Below the pieces are notes generated by a model, which had not been told where the DNA came from, ran no database searches, and worked only from the letters and a program-made list of their open reading frames with translations. The position numbers and the translations under genes are program-made. Shown one piece after another: positions 41,832-51,658 of a stretch of DNA of 64,000 nucleotides. The stretch covers positions 195,489 to 259,488 of the forward strand of contig DAISIO010000001.1 of the NCBI GenBank assembly GCA_036821965.1, given 5' to 3'. The stretch is from Sulfuricurvum sp. (lineage in GTDB: Bacteria; Campylobacterota; Campylobacteria; Campylobacterales; Sulfurimonadaceae). Position 1 is the stretch's first letter. Each line of letters begins with the position of its first letter.

Positions 41832-42719
41832 ATGAAAGGGATCATCCTAGCCGGAGGAAGCGGAACACGTCTCTACCCTATTACCAAAGGGGTGAGTAAA
41901 CAGCTTGTTCCCATCTATGACAAACCGATGGTCTATTACCCCCTTTCAGTATTGATGCTTGCGGGGATTACCGAGGTGCTTATCATCTCTACACCTACGG
42001 ATTTACCACGTTTTGAAGAACTTCTAGGGGACGGTAGCGATATCGGGATGCATTTTGACTATTGCGTTCAGCCTTCCCCCGATGGTTTGGCACAGGCGTT
42101 TATCTTAGGTGCTGATTTTATCGGTAATGATGATGTGTGTCTTGTCCTTGGAGATAATATCTTCCACGGTCATGGTCTCACCAAGCTGCTTGCACAATCG
42201 GTACGCAATGTCACCGAAGAGAAAAAAGCAACGGTGTTTGGCTATTGGGTCAAAGATCCTGAGCGGTATGGTGTGGCAGAGTTTGACAAAGAGGGAAATG
42301 TCCTCTCCATCGAAGAAAAACCGACACAACCTAAAAGTTCGTATGCCGTTATCGGGCTGTATTTTTATCCCAACAGTGTTGTCGAGATTGCCAAAAACAT
42401 TAAACCTTCTGATAGAGGCGAATTAGAGATCACTACCGTCAACCAAGAATATTTGGCTCAAAACGCTCTCAAAGTCGAGCTCATGGGACGGGGATACGCA
42501 TGGCTGGATACGGGTACACACGAAAGTCTATTGGAAGCCAGTATGTTCATCCACACCATTGAAAATCGTCAAGGACTTAAAGTCGCCTGTCTCGAAGAGA
42601 TCGCTTTTGAAATGGGCTACATCACCAAAGAAAAACTTTTAGAGTTGGCAAAACCTCTCTCTAAAAACCAATACGGTCAATATTTGATTCGCAGAGCCCA
42701 CGAAGGGTCGATTCAATGA
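41832..42719 (+). CDS. rfbA: Glucose-1-phosphate thymidylyltransferase
   Basis: '[18 protein letters not shown]', '[17 protein letters not shown]' and '[15 protein letters not shown]'. Confidence 0.95.
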   Translation: MKGIILAGGSGTRLYPITKGVSKQLVPIYDKPMVYYPLSVLMLAGITEVLIISTPTDLPRFEELLGDGSDIGMHFDYCVQPSPDGLAQAFILGADFIGNDDVCLVLGDNIFHGHGLTKLLAQSVRNVTEEKKATVFGYWVKDPERYGVAEFDKEGNVLSIEEKPTQPKSSYAVIGLYFYPNSVVEIAKNIKPSDRGELEITTVNQEYLAQNALKVELMGRGYAWLDTGTHESLLEASMFIHTIENRQGLKVACLEEIAFEMGYITKEKLLELAKPLSKNQYGQYLIRRAHEGSIQ

Positions 42720-43288
42720 CATTTACCCGCACGGCTATCCCTGATGTCATCATCATCGATCCAAAAGTCCATGGCGATGCACGCGGCTACTTCGCCGAGA
42801 CGTTTCGAGCCGATAAGCTTGAAGCATTTTTAGGGTTTAAAGTCCCTTTTTGTCAAGACAATGAATCGTCAAGCAGTTATGGAGTCCTGCGCGGATTGCA
42901 CTATCAGCTTCCTCCCCATGCGCAAACCAAACTCGTACGCGTGATCGAAGGTGAAGTTCTCGATGTTGCCGTTGATATACGACAAGGTTCACCAACCTTC
43001 GGTCACCATGTCGCGGTACGTTTAAGCGGTGAGAATAAACGTCAACTCTTTATCCCTCGTGGATTTGCTCATGCGTTCGTGGTACTTAGTGAAACGTGTA
43101 CCTTCGCCTATAAAGTGGATAATTATTACAGTGTCGAATGTGACCGTGGGATTGCGTTTGATGATCCTGCCTTAAATATCGACTGGATTATTTCAAGTGA
43201 GAAGCTTCAACTCTCAGCTAAAGATACCAAACAACCTCTCTTTGCCAATGTCGACCATTTTACTTTTGGAGACAATCTGTATGCCTAG
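42716..43288 (+). CDS. rfbC: dTDP-4-dehydrorhamnose 3,5-epimerase
   Basis: 'HGDARGYF', 'GVLRGLHYQ', '[18 protein letters not shown]' and 'IPRGFAHAF'. Confidence 0.92.
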   Translation: MTFTRTAIPDVIIIDPKVHGDARGYFAETFRADKLEAFLGFKVPFCQDNESSSSYGVLRGLHYQLPPHAQTKLVRVIEGEVLDVAVDIRQGSPTFGHHVAVRLSGENKRQLFIPRGFAHAFVVLSETCTFAYKVDNYYSVECDRGIAFDDPALNIDWIISSEKLQLSAKDTKQPLFANVDHFTFGDNLYA

Positions 43289-44141
43289 CATCCTCGTAAC
43301 AGGAGCCAACGGACAGCTAGGAAGTGAACTTCACGCACTAAGCGGTTCCTATCCACAGCACGATTTTACCTTTGTCGATCGCAACACACTGGATTTAAGC
43401 AATCTGTGCAAACTGGAAGATTACTTCGACACGAACACCTTCGATACAATCATCAACTGCGCTGCATATACAGCAGTTGATCGTGCCGAATCCGACGAAG
43501 AGCTTGCCAACACGATCAATCATCGCGCCGTCTCACTGCTTGCAAAAATCGCCAAAAAGAAAAATATTGCGCTCATTCACCTTTCAACCGACTATGTCTT
43601 TGATGGCAAAAACTACCGCCCATACATCGAAACCGATCCCACCGATCCGCAAGGAGTCTACGGAAAAACAAAATGCGATGGTGAAAATGCGATTCTAGCC
43701 GTTGCACCTAAAAACACACTCATACTCCGTACTTCATGGGTCTATTCGTCCTTTGGAGCTAATTTCGTCAAAACTATGCTTCGTTTAGGTAAAGAACGGG
43801 ATAGTTTAGGGGTAATCTTCGATCAAGTAGGGACTCCGACATACGCGCGGGATTTGGCCAAAGCGATTTTAGATATTCTTCCTCAAATCAACAACACAAT
43901 ACCTGAGATTTATCACTACAGCAACGAAGGTGCAATCAGCTGGTATGATTTTGCTCACGCCATATTCGAACTGTCGGATATCAGATGCCATGTAAATCCC
44001 ATCACCACCGATCAGTACCCAACCCCAGCAACACGCCCCCATTACAGCTTGCTCAACAAAGCAAAAATAAAAGAAGAGTATAATCTCACTATTCCGTATT
44101 GGAAAGATTCTCTTAAAGAGTGTTTAAAGGAGATAAAATGA
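43281..44141 (+). CDS. rfbD: dTDP-4-dehydrorhamnose reductase
   Basis: 'ILVTGANGQLG', 'INCAAYTAVD' and 'YGKTKCDGE'. The ATG at 43281 overlaps the rfbC stop. Confidence 0.9.
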   Translation: MPSILVTGANGQLGSELHALSGSYPQHDFTFVDRNTLDLSNLCKLEDYFDTNTFDTIINCAAYTAVDRAESDEELANTINHRAVSLLAKIAKKKNIALIHLSTDYVFDGKNYRPYIETDPTDPQGVYGKTKCDGENAILAVAPKNTLILRTSWVYSSFGANFVKTMLRLGKERDSLGVIFDQVGTPTYARDLAKAILDILPQINNTIPEIYHYSNEGAISWYDFAHAIFELSDIRCHVNPITTDQYPTPATRPHYSLLNKAKIKEEYNLTIPYWKDSLKECLKEIK

Positions 44142-44365
44142 CCGCATTTAGAAATTTTCAACGTGTTCATAATCAACGAATTGAAGTTCAATTACCTCAA
44201 GAGTTTGAAGATCAAGAAGTTGAGATCATCATCCTTCCAAAAGACAACATCCCCGACGATTTAAGTCATTTGGCAGATGCAGTTAAGCAAGGGATAGACT
44301 CAGGAACTAGCCCAAGAACCCATGAAGAAATTTTTAAAAGTTTAATTGCACGCTATGCAGATTGA
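44138..44365 (+). CDS. Putative type II antitoxin (family unclear, ParD-like C-terminus)
   Basis: 75 aa. ATGA overlap with the rfbD stop. Overlaps the downstream ParE/RelE-fold gene. Acidic C-terminal half. Confidence 0.5.
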   Translation: MTAFRNFQRVHNQRIEVQLPQEFEDQEVEIIILPKDNIPDDLSHLADAVKQGIDSGTSPRTHEEIFKSLIARYAD

Positions 44366-44648
44366 TTACAGTGACCAATCTATAGATGACTTATCAAAAA
44401 TCGGTGAGTACATAGCCAAAGACAGTAAGAGTAGAGCCGTACAATACTTGATAAAACTAAAAACTAAAATTGAATTGCTCATTCATTTTCCGTATATGGG
44501 GGTAGAGTGTCAATCCAAAAACATTCACGAAGATTGTCGTGTAATGATTTTCGAATCCTACCTTATTTTTTATACTATCAAAAAAGAATCTATTCGTATC
44601 AATAGAATCTTTCACCACTCAGTAAACTATCAGGAGAACCCTTTATGA
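44355..44648 (+). CDS. ParE/RelE-family type II toxin
   Basis: About 97 aa. 'IDYSDQSIDDLSKIGEYIAKDS...A..YL.KLK..IE.L..FPYMG' and 'YLIFYTIKKESIRINRIFHH' match the ParE pattern. Its stop overlaps the rfbB ATG (ATGA). Confidence 0.7.
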   Translation: MQIDYSDQSIDDLSKIGEYIAKDSKSRAVQYLIKLKTKIELLIHFPYMGVECQSKNIHEDCRVMIFESYLIFYTIKKESIRINRIFHHSVNYQENPL

Positions 44649-45721
44649 AAACCATTTTAGTCACCGGATGCGCCGGATTTATCGGGAGCAATTTCGTCCC
44701 ATATTTTTTAGACAAATATCCCGATGTCCGTCTGATCAACCTTGATCTTCTTACCTACGCAGGCGATATGGCAAATCTCTCTGATGCACCCCAAAGCGAT
44801 CGTCATATCTTCGTCCAAGGAGACATTTGTGACCGTCCTCTCGTCGAATCACTTTTTACCCAATATGACATACGAGGAGTAATCCATTTCGCTGCTGAAA
44901 GTCATGTAGACAATAGCATCAAAAACCCGGGTGTATTTGTCCAAACCAACGTCAACGGAAGCTTTACCCTCATCGATGTTGCTTACAAGGCATGGATGGA
45001 AAAACCATTCACCTACCGTCATTCCGTGCTTGATACGGAATCTAATCCTCCACGTTTCCACCATATCAGCACCGATGAAGTCTACGGAACGCTAGGCGAA
45101 ACAGGACTCTTTACGGAGGAGACATCCTATGCACCCAACAGCCCTTACAGCGCATCAAAAGCAGGCAGTGATATGATCGTCCGCAGTTACCATCACACCT
45201 ATGGAATGAACACCGTGATCACCAACTGTTCCAACAACTACGGTCCCAAACAGCATGACGAAAAACTAATCCCGACCGTTATCCGTAAAGCACTTGCCGG
45301 CGAGAATATTCCTGTCTATGGTGACGGTAAAAACATCCGCGACTGGCTCTATGTATTAGACCACTGCAAAGGGATCGATCTCGTTTATCACAACGGAAGA
45401 TCAGGTGAAGTCTACAACATCGGAGGACGTAATGAGCGTAATAACAACCAGATTGTTGAACGTATCTGTAGCCTCCTCGATGAAATGGCACCCCGTCATC
45501 TCGCATCTGAAGCTCGTCATTCCGTGCTTGACACGGAATCCATCCCTTCCTATAAAGAGCTTATTACCTACGTAGAAGACCGAGCAGGTCATGACCGTCG
45601 TTATGCTATCGATGCTACCAAACTCGAAACCGAGCTGGGATGGAAAGCCCAAGAGACTTTTGATACCGGTATTGTGAAGACCATAGAGTGGTATTTGGGG
45701 AAATATAATAAAAAAAGTTAA
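44645..45721 (+). CDS. rfbB: dTDP-glucose 4,6-dehydratase
   Basis: 'ILVTGCAGFIGSN', 'HFAAESHVDNS', 'HHISTDEVYG', 'SPYSASKAGSD', 'NCSNNYGP' and 'DRAGHDRRYAID'. Confidence 0.93.
   Translation: MKTILVTGCAGFIGSNFVPYFLDKYPDVRLINLDLLTYAGDMANLSDAPQSDRHIFVQGDICDRPLVESLFTQYDIRGVIHFAAESHVDNSIKNPGVFVQTNVNGSFTLIDVAYKAWMEKPFTYRHSVLDTESNPPRFHHISTDEVYGTLGETGLFTEETSYAPNSPYSASKAGSDMIVRSYHHTYGMNTVITNCSNNYGPKQHDEKLIPTVIRKALAGENIPVYGDGKNIRDWLYVLDHCKGIDLVYHNGRSGEVYNIGGRNERNNNQIVERICSLLDEMAPRHLASEARHSVLDTESIPSYKELITYVEDRAGHDRRYAIDATKLETELGWKAQETFDTGIVKTIEWYLGKYNKKS
45017..45043 (+). repeat. 27-nt palindromic element, copy 1, in frame inside rfbB
   Basis: 'cgtcattccgtgcttgatacggaatct', with stem attccgt/acggaat. 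Translates as RHSVLDTES. Confidence 0.8.
45515..45541 (+). repeat. 27-nt palindromic element, copy 2, in frame inside rfbB
   Basis: 'cgtcattccgtgcttgacacggaatcc', with a perfect 8-bp stem attccgtg/cacggaat. Identical to copy 1 at 25 of 27 nt. Translates as RHSVLDTES. Confidence 0.8.
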
Positions 45722-45748
45722 AATATTTTAATAACCGGTGCGCAAGGG

Positions 45749-45807
45749 TTTATAGCCAAAACAAATACAAAGTAATAAAACGATAAAATTCCAAAAATAA
45801 ATGGATA
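45749..45807 (+). repeat. Intergenic direct repeat B (downstream of rfbB, upstream of galU)
   Basis: 'tttatag...aatacaaagtaataaaacgataaaattccaaaaataaatgg'. Partner of repeat A at an offset of exactly 4050 nt. Confidence 0.75.
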
Positions 45808-45820
45808 ATAGGAAATTAGT

Positions 45821-46645
45821 ATGATTCGAAAATGTCTTTTTCCCGCTGCCGGATACGGTACGAGATTTCTTCCGATGACCAAAGCTATCCCCAAAGAGAT
45901 GCTCCCGGTCCTCACCAAACCTCTGATCCAGTATGGTGTTGAAGAGGCGATGGGCGCTGGGATGAACACGATGGCAATGATCACCGGACGAGGAAAACAG
46001 GCAATTGCGAACCATTTCGATGTGAGTTATGAGTTGGAGCATCAGATTCAGGGGACGGATAAAGAAAAGATGCTTGCCGATATCCGTGACATCATCGATA
46101 ATTGTACCTTCTCCTACACCCGTCAATGTTCGATGTTGGGGCTTGGTCATGCGATCCTCACAGGAGAGACATTGATTGGAAACGAACCGTTTGCCGTTGT
46201 CCTCGCCGATGATTTATGTGTGAACGATGATGAGGGAGTGTTGGCGCAGATGGTGAAGCTCTACAATGAGTATCAGTGCAGCATTGTAGCCATCGAAGAG
46301 ATCGATCCCTCCCAAACTCACAAATACGGTGTAATAGCAGGAACTCAAATTGCAGATGGTATCTACCGTGTCGATACGATGGTCGAAAAGCCTGCCCCCT
46401 CCGATGCTCCGAGCAACCTCGCCATCATCGGACGTTATATCCTCACTCCCGATATTTTTGAAATCTTGCGTGAAACGGCTCCAGGAAAAGGGGGCGAGAT
46501 CCAGATCACCGATGCGTTGATGGAGCAGGCAAAAGCAGGTAATGTCATAGCCTATCGCTTCCGGGGCAAACGTTATGATTGCGGCAGTATCGATGGATAT
46601 GTTCAAGCAACAGTAGGATTATATGAGAAAGAGAAATATAAATGA
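45821..46645 (+). CDS. galU: UTP--glucose-1-phosphate uridylyltransferase
   Basis: 'KCLFPAAGYGTRFLPMTKAIPKEMLPV' and 'LGHAIL'. Confidence 0.9.
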   Translation: MIRKCLFPAAGYGTRFLPMTKAIPKEMLPVLTKPLIQYGVEEAMGAGMNTMAMITGRGKQAIANHFDVSYELEHQIQGTDKEKMLADIRDIIDNCTFSYTRQCSMLGLGHAILTGETLIGNEPFAVVLADDLCVNDDEGVLAQMVKLYNEYQCSIVAIEEIDPSQTHKYGVIAGTQIADGIYRVDTMVEKPAPSDAPSNLAIIGRYILTPDIFEILRETAPGKGGEIQITDALMEQAKAGNVIAYRFRGKRYDCGSIDGYVQATVGLYEKEKYK

Positions 46646-48009
46646 CTAATATTATACTATGTGGCGGAAGCGGTACTCGGTTGTGGCCGATTAGTCGTAC
46701 TCTTATGCCCAAACAGTTTGTGAAACTTTTCGATAATCGTTCACTCTTTCAGCTTACGGTTGAGAGAAACAAAACTGTATGTGATCAGCAGATGATTGTT
46801 TCCAATACGGAACAATACTTCCTAGCCATCGATCAGCTCGAAGAGTTAAGCAGTGATAACAATCGCTATGTGTTGGAACCGATCGGACGTAACACGGCTC
46901 CGGCGATTGCATTAGCTTGTATGGCACTTGATGCCAATGAGATCGTTTTGGTGACACCGTCAGATCATTTAATTAAAAATATTTCTGCGTATAAATCGGT
47001 ATCGGATCGTGCGCGCTTACTCGCCGATGAAGGTTTTTTGGTAACGTTTGGGATTGTTCCAGCGTTTGCCGAAACAGGTTTCGGATATATTGAATCAGTG
47101 GGCGAAGAGGTAAAAGCATTCCATGAAAAACCAGATGCACAAACCGCGCAAGGGTATGTCGATGCAGGGAACTATTACTGGAACAGCGGTATGTTTTGTT
47201 TTAAAGCCGGTGTGTTTTTAGAGGAATTAAAAAAACATTCACCGGAGATTTTCGAAACTTCTAAGCTTGCCTTTGATAATAAAAAAATCGAAAATTCAAC
47301 ATTTCGAATCCAACATACTGATATGGCCGCTATCCCCGAAGACAGTATAGATTATGCCGTGATGGAGAAAAGTAACCGTGTCAAAGTCGTGGAAAGTGAT
47401 ATTGGCTGGTCGGATGTAGGGAGTTTTGATGCACTGTATGATGAGATGCCAAAAGACGAGAGTGGCAACACGGTAAATCCCAATCATGTCAGTATCGATA
47501 GTCGTAATAACCTTGTGTATGGCGATGAACGCAAAATAGCGACGGTGGATGTTGAGGATTTGATCATTATTGATACGGGTGATGCACTGCTCATCAGCAA
47601 AAAAGGTTCATCTCAAAAGGTCAAAAAAGTGGTCGAAGAGGTGCGAAAAAACTCTCAGCTGCATAATATCCACCTTACCGCCCACCGTCCATGGGGAAGC
47701 TATACAATCCTTGAAGATACGCCGGGATACAAGATCAAACGTATCGTGGTAAAACCGGGTAAACGCCTCTCTTTGCAAAAACACTTTCATCGAAATGAGC
47801 ACTGGATCGTCGTCAGCGGTACGGCGACGGTGACGGTTGGAGAATCTACTTATCCAGTACGCCCAAATGAGTCCACCTATATCAAAATGGGTGAGATTCA
47901 TCGCCTCTCAAATGAAGGTAAAATACCGGTAGTGCTCATCGAAGCGCAAGTGGGTGAATATACAGGTGAAGATGATATCGTACGGATCGAAGATGATTTC
48001 AAACGATAA
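46642..48009 (+). CDS. manC: Bifunctional mannose-1-phosphate guanylyltransferase / mannose-6-phosphate isomerase (type II PMI-GMP)
   Basis: 'ILCGGSGTRLWPISR', 'GRNTAPAI', 'WNSGMFCF' and the C-terminal cupin 'HRPWGSY...HFHRNEHWIVVSGTA'. Confidence 0.9.
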   Translation: MTNIILCGGSGTRLWPISRTLMPKQFVKLFDNRSLFQLTVERNKTVCDQQMIVSNTEQYFLAIDQLEELSSDNNRYVLEPIGRNTAPAIALACMALDANEIVLVTPSDHLIKNISAYKSVSDRARLLADEGFLVTFGIVPAFAETGFGYIESVGEEVKAFHEKPDAQTAQGYVDAGNYYWNSGMFCFKAGVFLEELKKHSPEIFETSKLAFDNKKIENSTFRIQHTDMAAIPEDSIDYAVMEKSNRVKVVESDIGWSDVGSFDALYDEMPKDESGNTVNPNHVSIDSRNNLVYGDERKIATVDVEDLIIIDTGDALLISKKGSSQKVKKVVEEVRKNSQLHNIHLTAHRPWGSYTILEDTPGYKIKRIVVKPGKRLSLQKHFHRNEHWIVVSGTATVTVGESTYPVRPNESTYIKMGEIHRLSNEGKIPVVLIEAQVGEYTGEDDIVRIEDDFKR

Positions 48010-48448
48010 GTTTAAAATAGTCGTGGAAAACACTCCTCTTGTCTCGATTGATTTTATTATTGAAAACGATGAGGGCAACTATTTGTTGGGTAAGCGTGTC
48101 AACAAACCAGCAGAGAGCTTTTGGTTTACTTTAGGCGGGCGAATTTTTAAAGATGAGACGATAAGAGAAGCGATAAAACGGCTCTCATTAAAAGAATTTA
48201 ATATTGAAATAACACAAGAGATGTTACAATTTTATGGTATTTATGAACATTTTTATGACAATAGCTTTGTGGATGATGCTATTAGTACTCATTACGTGGT
48301 ATTGGCGTATCATTTAAAAATGATCTCAAATTTTTCATTGCCCACAGACGAGCACAGTGACTATCGCTATTTTTCTAAAGATGAACTTTTGGAACATAGC
48401 AATGTTCACCCGTATGTAAAAAATTATTTTAAAGGAACAAACTTATGA
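47993..48448 (+). CDS. gmm: GDP-mannose mannosyl hydrolase (Nudix)
   Basis: Modified Nudix box '[22 protein letters not shown]', close to my recollection of E. coli Gmm 'GGRVQKDETLEAAFERLTMAEL'. Sits between manC and gmd. Confidence 0.75.
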   Translation: MISNDKFKIVVENTPLVSIDFIIENDEGNYLLGKRVNKPAESFWFTLGGRIFKDETIREAIKRLSLKEFNIEITQEMLQFYGIYEHFYDNSFVDDAISTHYVVLAYHLKMISNFSLPTDEHSDYRYFSKDELLEHSNVHPYVKNYFKGTNL

Positions 48449-49566
48449 CTGAACAAAAAGTTGCATTAATCACAGGTATTACAGGGCAGGATGGGAGCTA
48501 TCTCGCTGAGTTTTTGCTCAAAAAAGGGTATATTGTTCATGGTATCAAACGAAGAAGTTCATTGTTTAATACAGACCGTATCGATCACCTCTACCAAGAT
48601 ATTCATGAAAACAATGTCAATCTTCATCTCCATTTTGGAGACATGACCGACTCCATGAATCTCACTCGTATTATCCAAGAGACGCAACCTGATGAGATTT
48701 ATAACCTTGCCGCGATGAGTCACGTAGCTGTAAGCTTTGAAACACCGGAATATGTTGCCAACGCAGACGGCACCGGAACTCTTCGTATCCTCGAAGCGGT
48801 CAAACTTTTAGGGTTGACTAAAAAGACCAAAATCTATCAAGCTTCCACATCAGAGCTCTACGGAAAAGTTCAAGAAACCCCTCAGTCAGAGACAACACCA
48901 TTCTACCCTCGTTCGCCCTATGCAGTAGCAAAAATGTACGCATACTGGATTACCGTCAACTACCGCGAAGCCTACGGGATGTTTGCGTGTAACGGTATTC
49001 TTTTCAACCATGAATCTCCTGTACGCGGTGAGACGTTTGTTACCCGTAAAATCACTCGTGCCGCAAGCAAAATTGCTCTTGGACTTCAAGACAAACTTTA
49101 TCTCGGTAACCTCGATGCCAAACGCGACTGGGGACATGCAAAAGACTACGTCCGTATGATGTGGATGATCCTTCAAGCGGATGAAGCAGAGGATTGGGTA
49201 ATTGCCACAGGTATCACAACAACCGTACGTGATTTCGTTCGTATGGCGTTTGAGTTTGCCGGTATCACGTTAGAGTTCCGAGGTGTTGGTGTTGAAGAAA
49301 AAGCGTTTGTCGTCTCGTGTTCAAATCCCAACTACCAAGTAGAAATCGGAAAAGAAGTCGTTGCCGTCGATCCACGCTACTTCCGTCCGACAGAAGTTGA
49401 TTTACTCCTCGGAAATCCTGCCAAAGCAGAGCAAAAACTCGGTTGGAAACGAGAATATCAGCTCCAAGAACTGGTCGATGACATGATGAAAAGCGATTTG
49501 AAACTAATGACAAAAGACGTCTATCTCCAAGAAGGCGGCTATAAAATCATGAGTTATTTTGAGTAG
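48445..49566 (+). CDS. gmd: GDP-mannose 4,6-dehydratase
   Basis: '[19 protein letters not shown]', '[10 protein letters not shown]', '[12 protein letters not shown]' and '[17 protein letters not shown]'. Confidence 0.95.
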   Translation: MTEQKVALITGITGQDGSYLAEFLLKKGYIVHGIKRRSSLFNTDRIDHLYQDIHENNVNLHLHFGDMTDSMNLTRIIQETQPDEIYNLAAMSHVAVSFETPEYVANADGTGTLRILEAVKLLGLTKKTKIYQASTSELYGKVQETPQSETTPFYPRSPYAVAKMYAYWITVNYREAYGMFACNGILFNHESPVRGETFVTRKITRAASKIALGLQDKLYLGNLDAKRDWGHAKDYVRMMWMILQADEAEDWVIATGITTTVRDFVRMAFEFAGITLEFRGVGVEEKAFVVSCSNPNYQVEIGKEVVAVDPRYFRPTEVDLLLGNPAKAEQKLGWKREYQLQELVDDMMKSDLKLMTKDVYLQEGGYKIMSYFE

Positions 49567-49575
49567 GAATATTTA

Positions 49576-50505
49576 ATGACAAAAATATTAATAACCGGCT
49601 CAAAAGGAATGGTTGGAAGAAATATAGTCGAATCTGAGAAAGCTAAAAATTATATTCTTTTAACTCCATCGAGTAATGAACTAAACCTTTTAGATAGATT
49701 ATCTGTAGATAACTACATAAGGGCCAATAATCCAGATATAGTGATTCATTGCGCAGGATTAGTTGGTGGCATCCAAGCCAATATGGCTCATCCTGTTGCT
49801 TTTTTGGTAGATAATACTCAAATGGGACTTAACATCATTATGAGTGCCTATGAAAGTGGAATTAAAAACTTTATAAATATGAGTAGTTCGTGTATGTATC
49901 CTAGAGATGCACAAAACCCTCTCGGTGAAGAATTAATCCTAAAAGGTGAGCTTGAACCTACCAATGAGGGATATGCAATCGCAAAAGTAGCGTCAACAAG
50001 ACTTTGTGAATATATCCATAGAGAAAACAGTGAGTATCACTACAAAACTATAATTCCTTGTAACTTGTATGGACGATATGACAAGTTTGATCCAAAACAT
50101 TCTCATATGCTTCCAGCCGTTATTAAAAAAATTCATGATGCAAAAGTCAATAACCAAACTATGTTAGATATTTGGGGTGATGGAAAAGCCAGACGAGAAT
50201 TTATGTATGCCGCTGATCTGGCAGATTTCGTTTATTACGCACTTGAAAATTTTGAATCTATGCCTCAAAATATAAATGCAGGTTTAGGAACTGACTATAC
50301 GATCAATGAGTATTATAAAGCTATTGCAGAAGTGATAGGATATAAAGGTGATTTTATCCATGATCTTACTAAGCCGGTGGGGATGAAGCAAAAGCTAATT
50401 GATGATACAAAGCTTCAAAAATTTGGTTGGGGATATAAAACATCATTAAAAGATGGTATCCGAAAAACATACGAGTATTATTTAAAAGAGGTATTAAATG
50501 ACTAA
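49576..50505 (+). CDS. GDP-L-fucose synthase family epimerase/reductase, likely GDP-L-colitose synthase (ColC) from its context
   Basis: 'ILITGSKGMVG', 'SSSCMYP' and 'EPTNEGYAIAKV' align with Fcl/WcaG. Directly followed by a ColD homologue. Confidence 0.8.
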   Translation: MTKILITGSKGMVGRNIVESEKAKNYILLTPSSNELNLLDRLSVDNYIRANNPDIVIHCAGLVGGIQANMAHPVAFLVDNTQMGLNIIMSAYESGIKNFINMSSSCMYPRDAQNPLGEELILKGELEPTNEGYAIAKVASTRLCEYIHRENSEYHYKTIIPCNLYGRYDKFDPKHSHMLPAVIKKIHDAKVNNQTMLDIWGDGKARREFMYAADLADFVYYALENFESMPQNINAGLGTDYTINEYYKAIAEVIGYKGDFIHDLTKPVGMKQKLIDDTKLQKFGWGYKTSLKDGIRKTYEYYLKEVLND

Positions 50506-51658
50506 CTATCCATTAGCCACATCAACATGGGATGAAAAAGAGTTACAGGCTATCCAGTCTGTTATAGACAGAGATATGTACACGATGGGTGAAAGTGTTG
50601 CACAATTTGAAAAAGATTTTTGTAAATTTCTGAACAAAAAATATTGTGTTATGGTCAGTTCCGGTTCGACGGCAAATCTTATAGCGACTGCTGCTCTTTT
50701 TTATACTAAAGAGCCAAAGCTTAAACGTGGTGATGAAGTCATCGTGCCAGCCGTATCGTGGTCAACGACGTACTACCCTCTCCATCAGTATGGTCTAAAG
50801 CTAAAATTTGTCGATATTGACCTCGAAACGCTCAATTATGATCTCGAAGCACTTGCCTCTGCTATTACCGATAAAACGAAGATGATTATGGTGGTAAACC
50901 TATTAGGAAATCCAAACGATTTTGATGCTATCAATGCTATGATAAAAGAGAAAGATATCATTTTATTGGAAGATAACTGCGAATCTATGGGAGCTGAGTA
51001 TAAAGGTCAACAAGCAGGAACTTTTGGAATCATGGGAACATTTTCAACATTCTTCTCCCACCACATGGCAACAATGGAGGGTGGATTTGTAACGACGGAT
51101 GATGAAGAACTCTATCATATCCTCCTCTCTCTTCGAGCGCATGGTTGGACAAGAAATCTTCCGAAAGATAATAAAGTATGTGTTAAAAGTGATGATTGGT
51201 TCGAAGAATCATTTCGATTTGTCCTCCCAGGTTACAATGTCCGACCGGTTGAGATGAGTGGAGCTACAGGGATTGAACAACTTAAAAAACTTCCCGGTTT
51301 TTTAGTGCAAAGAAGAGAAAATGCAAAATTGTTTGTAGAACTTTTTGCAAATCATCCTGATTTCATCATTCAAAAAGATATTGACAATAGTTCATGGTTT
51401 GGTTTTTCATTTATTATCAAACCAACTTCAAATTTGAAACGAAAAAATATTATTCAAAAACTCATGGATGCTAATATTGATTGCCGTCCGATAGTAACAG
51501 GAAATTTTGTCAGAAATGACGTGATGAAGTATTTTGACTATGAGATATATGACGAACTCAAGAATGCTGATTATTTACATGATAACGGCTTCTTTGTCGG
51601 CAATCATCAGATTGACTTAAGAGATAGAATCATCTATTTGGCAGAGGTTTTAAAATGA
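50498..51658 (+). CDS. colD: GDP-4-keto-6-deoxy-D-mannose 3-dehydratase (ColD-like, PMP-dependent)
   Basis: Near-collinear with my recollection of E. coli O55 ColD. Shared motifs include 'YPLA.STWD', '[11 protein letters not shown]', '[13 protein letters not shown]', '[11 protein letters not shown]', 'SHH.ATMEGG' (His where the Schiff-base Lys would be) and '[10 protein letters not shown]'. Confidence 0.85.
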   Translation: MTNYPLATSTWDEKELQAIQSVIDRDMYTMGESVAQFEKDFCKFLNKKYCVMVSSGSTANLIATAALFYTKEPKLKRGDEVIVPAVSWSTTYYPLHQYGLKLKFVDIDLETLNYDLEALASAITDKTKMIMVVNLLGNPNDFDAINAMIKEKDIILLEDNCESMGAEYKGQQAGTFGIMGTFSTFFSHHMATMEGGFVTTDDEELYHILLSLRAHGWTRNLPKDNKVCVKSDDWFEESFRFVLPGYNVRPVEMSGATGIEQLKKLPGFLVQRRENAKLFVELFANHPDFIIQKDIDNSSWFGFSFIIKPTSNLKRKNIIQKLMDANIDCRPIVTGNFVRNDVMKYFDYEIYDELKNADYLHDNGFFVGNHQIDLRDRIIYLAEVLK

